A stretch of DNA of 64,000 nt from IMG/VR virus record IMGVR_UViG_3300034106_003629, one strand, 5' to 3'. Shown here piece after piece: positions 18,122 to 28,200 of this stretch (positions are counted from its first letter, which is position 1; each line of letters starts with the position of its first letter). Under the pieces are notes generated by a model. That model was not told where the DNA came from, did no database searches, and saw nothing but the letters and a program-made list of their open reading frames with translations. Source of the DNA: an uncultured virus (IMG/VR IMGVR_UViG_3300034106_003629). Lineage: Duplodnaviria > Heunggongvirae > Uroviricota > Caudoviricetes. A program made the position numbers and the translations under genes.

Positions 18122-18910
18122 CTACACAAAAGTAATTTTAACAAGTCCTGGTCCACCAGTTCCACCTTGTCCACAACAAGAAGATCCACAATAATTAGTC
18201 ATTCCATTCTGTCCACCATGTCCATATGGAACAGTCCAACATCCACAACGCATCCAGCAAAAGTTATTAACTTGCATTACATTTGTTCCAATAAATGGTG
18301 CTGCAGATGGAATGCTATACTTTCCGTGACAATGACATGCCCAACCTTTTGGTCTCCAATAAATTGATTGGTGATTTCCCATTCCAAAATCACCTCCCAT
18401 AGCACCAGGAGACATGCAACACCTACCGTTAGTAGAATAACAAGCTAATGACCAATTATTTTCAGCAAATCCATACTCTCCGCCAATAGCACAAAAATTA
18501 CTTAAATTACAACCATTCACAAAGGAAGCACAACCAGCACATGCAGTAGTCTCAAATGAACAACATGGATAAACACCACCAGCACAAATTGTATAAGTCC
18601 AACCTGGACATACATCAATCGTTTTTGTATTATAGTATCCTCCCTGAGCACCAGCGTATATGTGACATCTGCTGCAAGAGCAGGCACCTGATCCATTGCC
18701 ACCAGAACCCCAAAGCTCAAAAGTAACTCTTCTTACGTTAGTGGGAACTGTCCAAAGACAGCAGCATCCACTAGAAGTAGATCCTGGAGCACCATGAAAC
18801 CATTTAACGCACCAAGTATCTAATCCAGTTGGATTAAGTGCAGAAGGAGTTATTGTGTTATCTGGAATTGATGCTCCATCAATTTTTTTGTAACTAGCAT
18901 AAGTTGCCAT
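18122..18910 (-). CDS. Cys/Gly-rich putative tail fibre protein (paralog 3)
   Basis: CCCLWTVP..V..VTFELWGSGG; GQGGTGGPGLVKIT. Confidence 0.7.
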   Translation of the reverse strand: MATYASYKKIDGASIPDNTITPSALNPTGLDTWCVKWFHGAPGSTSSGCCCLWTVPTNVRRVTFELWGSGGNGSGACSCSRCHIYAGAQGGYYNTKTIDVCPGWTYTICAGGVYPCCSFETTACAGCASFVNGCNLSNFCAIGGEYGFAENNWSLACYSTNGRCCMSPGAMGGDFGMGNHQSIYWRPKGWACHCHGKYSIPSAAPFIGTNVMQVNNFCWMRCGCWTVPYGHGGQNGMTNYCGSSCCGQGGTGGPGLVKITFV

Positions 18911-18929
18911 TGTGATTTATTCTCCTTCT

Positions 18930-19724
18930 TTAAAAATAGGTAATTTTAACAAGACCTGGACCACCTGTGCCACCTTGCCCACAGTTACCACCACAGTAAG
19001 TGCTGTGTCCATTCTGACCCCCATTACCATAAGGAACTGTCCAACAACCACAACGAATCCAACATTCTCTAAGAGACATTGTTACGTTTGTGCCGATTAG
19101 GGCTGCTCCACTCGCATACCAGGCATAATTGTAACAATGGCAGAATCCCCTATCATAAACAAACTCTCCTCCACTGAAATTTCCAGATTGCGTGGGCTGA
19201 TACCAATCTCCTCCATCATCTCCAGGTTGTCTGCAGCAATAATTTTCCGAGTTACATAACGCAGGCCAGTTATCATTTGAATAACCATCATGACCACCAA
19301 TGGCACAAAAATTACTCAAATTATACCCATTTACATACGATGAACACCCAAAACATGCGCGACATTCTATTGAATAACATGGATATACACCACCAGCACA
19401 AACAGTATATTGACATCCTGGAGCAGTATTAATGGTTTTTACATTATAATATCCACCAGCAGCACCCATTGCGTGTTGGCATCTATTACATGAGCATGAA
19501 CCTCCACCATTACCACCAGAACCCCACAATTGAATGTGAAGTTTCTTTACTCCAGAAGGAACTGTCCAAAGGCAACAACATCCACTAGAACATGCCCCTG
19601 GATTCCCAAAAAACCATTTAACTCCATATGCAGTGTTGAGTGGCGAGGAAAAGTCAGCAGCATCCACTGAAGCAGTAGTAAGAGATTCTGAACTAATTTT
19701 TTTGTAGCTTGAGTATGTTGCCAT
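18930..19724 (-). CDS. Cys/Gly-rich putative tail fibre protein (paralog 2)
   Basis: Same motif set. Confidence 0.7.
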   Translation of the reverse strand: MATYSSYKKISSESLTTASVDAADFSSPLNTAYGVKWFFGNPGACSSGCCCLWTVPSGVKKLHIQLWGSGGNGGGSCSCNRCQHAMGAAGGYYNVKTINTAPGCQYTVCAGGVYPCYSIECRACFGCSSYVNGYNLSNFCAIGGHDGYSNDNWPALCNSENYCCRQPGDDGGDWYQPTQSGNFSGGEFVYDRGFCHCYNYAWYASGAALIGTNVTMSLRECWIRCGCWTVPYGNGGQNGHSTYCGGNCGQGGTGGPGLVKITYF

Positions 19725-19728
19725 TTTT

Positions 19729-20514
19729 TTAACTGTATGTAATTTTTACAAGACCTGCACCACCAGTTCCACCTTGTCCACAACAAGAAGTTCCACAATA
19801 AGTAGTCGTAGCACCTTGTCCCCCAGTGCCATATGGAACTCTCCAACATCCACAACGCATCCAGCAGAGAGCCATTGCTTGAGATGTTCCACTACCTCCA
19901 GCAAGGAATGGTGCATTAGTTGTACAAGTCCAGTGGTAATTACAATGGCAAAAGATAGATCCACCCCAATGACCTCTGTGATTGCCCATTCCAAAATCCC
20001 CATCAAAAGTTTGTGGGGCGACACAGCAATGCCAGTCGGAATAGCAACCTTCTTGCCAGTTAGTCTCTGCTCTTCCAGTATCACCACCAATGGCACAAAA
20101 ATTACTTAAATTACAACCATTGACATAAGATGAGCATCCATTACATGCGGTACATTCAAATGAACAACATGGATAAACACCAGCAGCACAAATGGTATAA
20201 GTCCAACCTGGAGTTACGCTAATTGTTTTGCTATTATAAAATCCACCGCCAGCACCTTGATAGTGATGACAACGACTACATGAACAAGCACCGTGTCCGT
20301 TACCACCAGCACCCCAAAGTTCAAAGGTAACTCTTTTTACTCCAGAAGGAACCGTCCAGAGACAGCAACATCCAGGAGAACACATATTTGGTTGACCAAA
20401 TACATGGAAGACATTGTAAGCATATCCAGCACCAGATTGAAGAGCTGATGTTGCAACAGTTCCATCAACAATTTGACCAGATACTATTTTTTTGTAACTT
20501 CCGTATGATGCCAT
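19729..20514 (-). CDS. Cys/Gly-rich putative tail fibre protein (paralog 1)
   Basis: Same motif set; late promoter upstream. Confidence 0.7.
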   Translation of the reverse strand: MASYGSYKKIVSGQIVDGTVATSALQSGAGYAYNVFHVFGQPNMCSPGCCCLWTVPSGVKRVTFELWGAGGNGHGACSCSRCHHYQGAGGGFYNSKTISVTPGWTYTICAAGVYPCCSFECTACNGCSSYVNGCNLSNFCAIGGDTGRAETNWQEGCYSDWHCCVAPQTFDGDFGMGNHRGHWGGSIFCHCNYHWTCTTNAPFLAGGSGTSQAMALCWMRCGCWRVPYGTGGQGATTTYCGTSCCGQGGTGGAGLVKITYS

Positions 20515-20533
20515 TTTTTAAACCATTTGTTAC

Positions 20534-20541
20534 TATTTATA
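20534..20541 (-). promoter_or_regulatory. T4-type late promoter
   Basis: TATAAATA. Confidence 0.75.
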
Positions 20542-20547
20542 TATTGA

Positions 20548-20570
20548 CAAAGGGGGGCATAGTGCCCCCC
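20548..20570 (-). terminator. Terminator hairpin
   Basis: GGGGGGCA-CTA-TGCCCCCC-TTT. Confidence 0.65.
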
Positions 20571-20577
20571 AGAAGCA

Positions 20578-23500
20578 TTAGACGGTGAAGATTCTCCATC
20601 CAAAAGTATTTCCAGAGAAGACTAATTCAAATGCAGCTCCTTCTGTAGAAACTGTCAGGTCTGCAGCATCACCTTGAATTAACTTACCGTTTCTTCCAAC
20701 AGTAAGATTGTTTGTGTCAAATGTTTTAGCAACATCATAAACTCTAATCTTATCACCAACTGCAGGTGATGCTGGGAGAGTAAGAGTAACAGCTCCTCCA
20801 TTAGTATTTACAAAATACTGTCCCCAAGATACCGCAGTAAGATTACCAGTTACGTCAGTTGGAGTTACTTCACCTGTAGGAATCCAAGAAGTTCCATTAT
20901 AATACTCCATAGTCTTCAGAGTACTATTGTATCTGAACTGTCCTTCGATTAGAGATACAGGTCTCTCAGCAGTTGTTCCTTTAGGTGGAACCATTGCCTC
21001 AACACCCATCTTATCTCTAAGTAAGAATCCACGAACTGCAAATTCAGTTGGACAAGCGGTATTAGAGTTACCGCTCATAGTTTCGTCAGATGAGAATTCA
21101 TTAATTGCTTCACCAATCTGACCACCCAGCGAACCCAGTCTCAGTTCTGTCAGACCTGACAGGTTGAATGCGTTAGCATCCAGGGTTGCAGCACCAGTTA
21201 ACTGGTTAACAGAGAAGAATTGACCAACACGGAAGTTACCACCTTGGTCAGTGGAGACGAAGAATACTCTACCAGGACCAAAGTTATTGGTCTCTCTACC
21301 CTGCTGTACGTTTGCTTCATTAACATTTGGATAGTTGGTCTCAGTCTTGTTACCAACACCAATTGAGAGGAAGTCGTGACCAGTCAGACGAGCGTTAGAG
21401 AATCTTGTTCTAACTTCAGTAAATGATCCACCATCAGTACTAGTAGTACCAACTCCTGCACGAGTGTCAAATGTCTGAACAGTCTTCTCAGGTGAGAACG
21501 TTACAGTTACTCTACCCGAATACGTAACAGGTGGAAGACCAACAGATCCTCTGTGCTGTACATAAGAAGTTGTAAATCCAGTTACGTTATTAACAATATA
21601 GAATCTTGGTAGACCATTAACCAAATCACTACCTACTCCTACTTGAGTAGTAGTAAATCCAATAGCATCACCAACTATAGGAAGATTACTACCATCAGCA
21701 AGATCAAGTTCAACCAGAACACCCTTTTGTCCACCTACAGCATTTGCAGCAGTTGCAACTCTAATAGCACCAGTTGTTCCAGCACCAATGAAGCTAATCC
21801 ACTCACCAGGAATAAAACTTGTAGTACCAATACCTGCACTTGGTGAACCATATCCAGGATAATACTTAAAGTAAATTGCATCAGCAGAGATTTGATCGTT
21901 AATAAAGGTTGCGTATGCACCCGAAGTTTCACCTCTCATGGTCATACCAACACCAACAGTACCACTGACTGTACCAACAACAGTAGAAAGTTTGTCACCA
22001 AATACTCTTAATGTTCTTGCAGTCTCAGCAGTAGAGAATCCAGAAGCAATAACACCATAATCACCATAAGAGTTGTTACCACCAACGGAACGAATTCTTG
22101 AACCGCCACCAGCATAATAACCCCAACGGCAATAGTAGGTGAAGGAAGAAACGATTTCAGAACCCGCATCATTATCAAGAATAAATCCAGCACCATCACT
22201 AAGAACGTTAGTGAAGGCATCAAATACCATTGTCTTAAATCCTGATGCATGGACATTGCCATCAATGAATACACCAACACCAGCACCACCTGAACCACCA
22301 TCAGTTGGAGGATTACCGAATGCAGTACAATCCTTAACGTAAGGAGACTTATTCAGAATTGGTGAGTTGGGGTTGAATGCAAAATAAACACCACAAGCAG
22401 TTGAACCAATACCAGTTCTTACGGTTGTTGCGGCCAACTCGTATGGTCTATTTGGGTCATAATCAAATCCAACTAAACCATCAACGTTTAGACCCTGAAC
22501 GGTTGTAGCATCAGACAACCTAAACATTGTCTGACGATTATTTGGAGTAAGACCATCAGTAGATAATCCAGAAGCAGGACGAATCTTAGAAGATCTAAGG
22601 GTAGAACCTACAAGTGAAGTGAATGGTGGAACTGTAATTGGAAGTTGCTCCACAAATTCAGATGCTGAAAGCTTAACAACAGCAGGTGAGAGGTTAATTA
22701 CTTGACCACCACTTACATAATCATGATCAATTGTTGAAATACCAGCGTTAACTGTGAATGTATTATTGTTAACAACATCGATGACATTATAATATGAGGT
22801 AAGAACACTTCTTGGGAATACCGTTGTATCAACACCAACAAAACATGTACCACCAGATACATAAATGTGATTAATTGTTGATACACCAACGTTCATTGAG
22901 AATGAAGTTGGACTGATAACATTAGTAACTACATAGTCATATCCAAGTGCTCTTGTTCCATCAGGGAAGATTGTAGTAGTAATACCAGAACCACCAGTAC
23001 AAGTAAATTCAAGATTTCTCAGTCTAATCTTTGTTCCATTCGTAATTCCAGTTGCACCAGCACCAATTGTTACTGTACCAACACCAGAAGATGCATCATA
23101 CTGGAATCCAGTAACGTTATAAGATCTACCACCACTCAAACACTCAAACTGAATATCTGCAAGTCTAACAGTAATATTTGGATAGAGAATACCGTGAGAT
23201 GGTGCAGTAATAGTTGTGAGTCCTGTAATATGATCATAAACAACATTTGTAATATTGGTAATAGCACTTGCATTATCACATGCATACTTCAGAGTTCTAA
23301 ATGACATATCTGGAGTACTGCCATTATAAGTATCAGAACCAAGTTCTGGGTCAACATAGTAAATACGAGTAGAATCGCCAATGGTCATCCAGGTTGGAAC
23401 TCTATCTGTACCAACACCTAAAGATTGGAAGGTCATACCAATTCCAAGTCTTGCAGGAGCAGATGCATCTCTAATGAGAACATCACCCTTAGTTGTTAGA

Positions 23501-24396
23501 AGGGCGTTAGAATCTCCGATTGATAATGCACCCCAAATGGCAGCGTTAGTTCCTGGAGTAATATTTCTATATGAAGTGGATCCAATACCAACGTAGGAAG
23601 ATGATGCATATTCAACAACATCATTTTTGTAATACTCAGTTGCAGTTGAATATGTACCAGCGTATCTTAATCCACTATTAAATAGAACCCAAGCAGTTTG
23701 TGCAATTCCAACAACTGTAGATCCAATACCAGTCGTTAGACCTTTAGTTGGATGTACATTAAATGTAGATGTTGCTGATAATCTATAAGTATCTCCACCA
23801 ACAGTTACTAATTCTCCTTGATAATATGTTCTTGCAGCCTCATAAGTTGTCAAACCAACTGCATTAATACCTTCAGATAATAGTTCCCACTCAGTTAATA
23901 GTTTTAGAGATGGTTGTTGTCCTTGAGTGGTAGTTGTAATTGCAACATATGAATTTCCAGAAAATATAACAACATCACCAGTTTCATATGAAGTTCCAGC
24001 ATCCCAACTACCTTCTCCAGTAAATCCTGAGACATAAGATACAACGTTTGGATTTGCTGGACCAGTAGTTCCAATTCCAGCAAACACCAACCCCGCAGTT
24101 GTTCCAATACCAGCAGTTACACGGTATTGTGTGTTACCAAAAAGAACAACGTCGTTCTTTTTATAGAACGTTCCGCCACTATATAAACCTACATTTCTGA
24201 TTCCCTCAACATGTAAGGACCAGTATGATTCGTCAGTAGCATACCAATTAACTTCACTTGCCGTTGAAGTATGATTGGTAGTACAGACGTAGGTATTAGC
24301 ACCAAATTTTACGATATCATCAATGACGTAAGCGGTGCTAGGAGCCCAATTGCTTCTCCAATTGAATTTTAGTCTTCCTAATCTAAAATCAGCCAT
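20578..24396 (-). CDS. Large tail fibre / virion structural protein, 1272 aa
   Basis: N-terminal W....Y..DDIV repeats, GIGTT motifs, PKGTTAERP...GQFRYN, C-terminal VNT.GG..TLTLPASP.VGD domain. Confidence 0.8.
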   Translation of the reverse strand: MADFRLGRLKFNWRSNWAPSTAYVIDDIVKFGANTYVCTTNHTSTASEVNWYATDESYWSLHVEGIRNVGLYSGGTFYKKNDVVLFGNTQYRVTAGIGTTAGLVFAGIGTTGPANPNVVSYVSGFTGEGSWDAGTSYETGDVVIFSGNSYVAITTTTQGQQPSLKLLTEWELLSEGINAVGLTTYEAARTYYQGELVTVGGDTYRLSATSTFNVHPTKGLTTGIGSTVVGIAQTAWVLFNSGLRYAGTYSTATEYYKNDVVEYASSSYVGIGSTSYRNITPGTNAAIWGALSIGDSNALLTTKGDVLIRDASAPARLGIGMTFQSLGVGTDRVPTWMTIGDSTRIYYVDPELGSDTYNGSTPDMSFRTLKYACDNASAITNITNVVYDHITGLTTITAPSHGILYPNITVRLADIQFECLSGGRSYNVTGFQYDASSGVGTVTIGAGATGITNGTKIRLRNLEFTCTGGSGITTTIFPDGTRALGYDYVVTNVISPTSFSMNVGVSTINHIYVSGGTCFVGVDTTVFPRSVLTSYYNVIDVVNNNTFTVNAGISTIDHDYVSGGQVINLSPAVVKLSASEFVEQLPITVPPFTSLVGSTLRSSKIRPASGLSTDGLTPNNRQTMFRLSDATTVQGLNVDGLVGFDYDPNRPYELAATTVRTGIGSTACGVYFAFNPNSPILNKSPYVKDCTAFGNPPTDGGSGGAGVGVFIDGNVHASGFKTMVFDAFTNVLSDGAGFILDNDAGSEIVSSFTYYCRWGYYAGGGSRIRSVGGNNSYGDYGVIASGFSTAETARTLRVFGDKLSTVVGTVSGTVGVGMTMRGETSGAYATFINDQISADAIYFKYYPGYGSPSAGIGTTSFIPGEWISFIGAGTTGAIRVATAANAVGGQKGVLVELDLADGSNLPIVGDAIGFTTTQVGVGSDLVNGLPRFYIVNNVTGFTTSYVQHRGSVGLPPVTYSGRVTVTFSPEKTVQTFDTRAGVGTTSTDGGSFTEVRTRFSNARLTGHDFLSIGVGNKTETNYPNVNEANVQQGRETNNFGPGRVFFVSTDQGGNFRVGQFFSVNQLTGAATLDANAFNLSGLTELRLGSLGGQIGEAINEFSSDETMSGNSNTACPTEFAVRGFLLRDKMGVEAMVPPKGTTAERPVSLIEGQFRYNSTLKTMEYYNGTSWIPTGEVTPTDVTGNLTAVSWGQYFVNTNGGAVTLTLPASPAVGDKIRVYDVAKTFDTNNLTVGRNGKLIQGDAADLTVSTEGAAFELVFSGNTFGWRIFTV

Positions 24397-24414
24397 CGTT
24401 TTTAAATTCCTTTT

Positions 24415-24771
24415 TTACTTAGGTCCTTGAGTTGCATGATCATAACTGCCATTAATTCTGGCAACTAAATATCCATCATCATCAATAAAATAGTTTAGAT
24501 TTCTAAAATCAAACCTATACTGTTGGTATTTATCATGCGGATGATTCTTATAAGATTTCTCTTCTGTAGTTTCATCAACATAATCAACACCATCTAGGAA
24601 CCCTGGATATTGAGTTCCATCTGTTCTATGAAAATCTCCAATTTCTGTGCTTCCCGCACCAACCTTAGTATAACGTAACATACCGTCCTCATCTCTACGA
24701 AGAGCATGGACAATAAAATCATTTGATTGTGCCACCGATTTGGTGGAATTATCCATTCTGCTTAGATTCAT
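24415..24771 (-). CDS. Putative virion protein
   Basis: HALRRDEDGML...YQQYRFD...YFIDDDGYLV; within structural operon. Confidence 0.65.
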   Translation of the reverse strand: MNLSRMDNSTKSVAQSNDFIVHALRRDEDGMLRYTKVGAGSTEIGDFHRTDGTQYPGFLDGVDYVDETTEEKSYKNHPHDKYQQYRFDFRNLNYFIDDDGYLVARINGSYDHATQGPK

Positions 24772-25226
24772 GTGAACAGTCTCCAGTAAGTTCCTTCCCA
24801 AATTAACTCAACATACGCACCAGCCAAATCACAGTTTAAAAATGTATCAATGAACCCAGTGCCGTCCTTAATTAAGTCACTGCCTTGAGCATTTACTGTA
24901 AGATTATTTAGATTCCAAGTGTATTTGGAGTCTGCTATATGAATAGTATCTCCAACAAATCGGAGAGTGGGTAAGTATACCGAAAAAGGACCGCTTGATG
25001 TATCAGAAAAATATTTAATATTTGTTCTTAATGTATCTCCATTATTACTAGAATTAAGAGTTGTTAATCTAGATTTTTGGATTTCAGTGCCAGATAACGT
25101 AAGTCCATCATGAACTCTAATTGTACCTTTATCAGTATCGAATGTGACTTCAGCTAATGCACCAGTAAATGACGAATGTTCAAGCTCTGTCCCTTTACGT
25201 AATTGTACCCGTTTGGTATTAGACAT
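24768..25226 (-). CDS. Tail fibre-associated protein with Mtd N-terminal-like domain
   Basis: VQLRKGT...FTGALAEVTFDTDKGTIRVHDG. Confidence 0.75.
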   Translation of the reverse strand: MSNTKRVQLRKGTELEHSSFTGALAEVTFDTDKGTIRVHDGLTLSGTEIQKSRLTTLNSSNNGDTLRTNIKYFSDTSSGPFSVYLPTLRFVGDTIHIADSKYTWNLNNLTVNAQGSDLIKDGTGFIDTFLNCDLAGAYVELIWEGTYWRLFT

Positions 25227-25266
25227 TAAAGAGATGTTAATAATGCACTTATCTTTATTTATCAGT

Positions 25267-28200
25267 TTAAATAACTACGATTCTAGTAGGTTGTGGTCTT
25301 TCAAATTCAACGTATCTTGACTTAGTATTTGCTGGCAGAATATCAATGAGACCTTCAGCAATATGAGGTGCAGGAGTAAAGGATTCTGCCTTAGTTCCAC
25401 TAAACTTAACAACTGGTCCTTGTGGGAATGTTCTGAGGCGGAAGACAGTAATACCTCTGGAAATATCTCCTGGAATTCCTGGGTTGCTGAGACCAACTCT
25501 GATTTGTCCAACACCAACATTGGAACCAATAAATCTGACAATTGGGGTTCCAGTAACCGTGAAGAGAGTATACTTGACTTCTGTATTTGATTTGCTTTCG
25601 GATGCACCAACAAATCCAAAGATACTGCCAGATCCAGTTTGTGGAACAGTGATAGAATCTTTGCCTGTTCCGCGAACAGTAAATAGGTTCTGAAGATTTG
25701 GTGGAATAACAACTCTGGATTCTGTTGTGCTTGAGAATCCAAAGAGTCCACCAGAACCAAGATGTGCGAATGTAGATCTCTCGACCAGAGACCCATTGAT
25801 ATCCAGACCAGGAGTTCCAGATCCAACTTCCGAATTTGTTTCTCTTTCTTGTAATTTACCAGTAATTTTGAAGAGAAGTGTTTCGTCTGGTGGATTAACA
25901 ACTCTAGATTCTGTTGTGCTAGAGAATCCAAAGAGAGATCCTGTTCCAACATGAGGAGCAGGGGATACTCTTTCAGAAAGTTTTCCAGAGAATTTAAATA
26001 GAGTTGTGAATGTCTCAGATACAACTTTTGTCTCGGTAAAGGAGACATATGTAAATAGTGATCCTCTTCCAACTTCACTATTAACATCCTTCTCTTTAGC
26101 ATTACCAGTGAATGTGAATAGAGTTGTTTTATCTGGTGGATTAACAACTCTAGATTCTGTTGCACTAGAGAATCCAAAGAGAGATCCACTACCAGTATAA
26201 TTACCTTTGGTAAGAGACTCTGTTGCATTACCATGAATTTCAACTGGTTGTAATCCAACAGGATTTCCACTAAGACTAAATCTAACAAGATTCCCATTAT
26301 CACCATAGAATCTTGCCTGTACAAACTTCTCTTCAGAGAATGTAAGCAATGGAGTGTCAACTCCACCAACGACATTAAATAGAGTGAAGTTGTCTGGTGG
26401 ATTTGAACCAACTGCCTCTGCTGCACCAACATAACCAAATAGTGATCCAGACCCAGCAGGAATCCATGGAGTAAATGATTCTGGTGAAATTCTGACACCA
26501 GAAGACCGAATGAATATTTCTCCAGATCCCAAATGTTTTGGAAGAACATATACTGAAGCATTGCCAAGAATTCTAAGTTGAGATTCATTGGTTGTTTGCC
26601 AAGCAAATCTTGCTTTAATATTAGTAGCAGAACCAGAGAAATTAAATAGAACCTTTTTACTGGATTCAGATACTGCCTTTGTTTCGGTAAAGGAGACGTA
26701 ACTGAAGAGTGAACCAGATCCAATTTCAGTAGTTGGAGTTGTGGATTCAAATCCTCTACCAGAAATATTAATCGTACCTTCAGCAATAAAGATACGGGTA
26801 CGTGATGGGTCAGTCTCGGAGAACTTAAAGAGAGAACCAGAACCATTCCAAGCAGCAGTAAACTTAAGATCAGATACTTGTTCGTTAATTCCACTAAGAA
26901 CAAGTCCACCACTAATATTAAATAGAGGATCTACTTTACCTGGAGTAAATGCAGTTGTCTCGGTAAAGGAGACATAACTGAAGAGTGAACCAGTTCCAAT
27001 CTCAGTTGCAGGAGTTGTAGACTCTGCTGCATTTCCAGCAAACCTGAATATACCAACTGATTCTGATTCAACACCAATAGATTCTGCTGCTCCAGTGAAT
27101 CCAAATATACGTCCACTACCAACATACACATTGGTACGAGATTCATCAACACCATTATGGAACTTAAATTTACCTTGAGGTTCAAGGCAATCATCTGGGT
27201 AGAGATTACCATAATCTTCATGGTTGTATTGATAGTATTCACCAATTGCACCATAATCTATTAAATCATAAGATATATCAGAAATGAATCCATAATCATC
27301 ACCATCACATGCACCAAATCCAGAGTCTTCATTATAAGAGAAAGTAATTGATTCTCCAGCACCATCAAATCCAAATAGTGTGCCACTTCCAACTTCAACA
27401 AATGTAGATTTCTCTTCTAACTTACCTGTAATATTAAAGAGTTCGCCAAATCCATCTCTAACAAGTCTTGTCTCAGTTGTGCTTGAATAACCAAAGAGAG
27501 TTCCAGATGCATCATAGTTACCCTTACCAAATTTCTCAACAAGTTCACCTGCAAAGGAGAAGATACGTTGTTGAGAATAATCAATTGGTGGTTGAACAAG
27601 AGTTGTCTCTGTTGAAGCATCAAATCCAAATAGAGATCCTGTTCCAACTTCAGAATTGGTTCTACTATCAGTTGTCGAGGATGTGATATTAATAAGATCA
27701 CCTTTGGAGGTGAACTTAGGAAGAACATAAATCTTGGCACTACCACGAAGCAGAAGATGAGTTTCTTCAAGATTACCAATAAAGGTTCTGGATCTTGGGG
27801 TGCTAGTAAAGCTATAGAATCTTGCAAGACCAAATGGTGTTCTAGTCTCTCTAGGATCAAGAATACCAAAATCTTCAACTTCCCATGGGAATTCTAAATC
27901 TTGATTACCAATGAATCCATAATCTTCAGATAGGGTTACAGTATCTGTAATGTAACCATAGTCAATTCCTTCAACATTAACAATTGAAGATTCATTATAA
28001 GCATATGCCCTTCTATTAATTTCAACGTTGCGGAAGGTGAATACTCTATCAACTTGATTAAAGATGACGGTGTAAACTGCACCACCTCTAACCAAAATAT
28101 CATTTTCACTAACTCCAACTTCACTACGACCAGCTTTAAATGTTGTGGTACTATTAATACTAAAGAGTTTGGCAGTTGCAGATTCACTAACAATTGAAGT

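Noticed and set aside
25275..26912. 545-aa same-strand alternative-frame ORF within the 1321-aa gene
   Set aside because: Leu-rich +1-frame shadow expected from T-ending codon bias in a repetitive gene; similar shadows recur along the gene; no SD or motif
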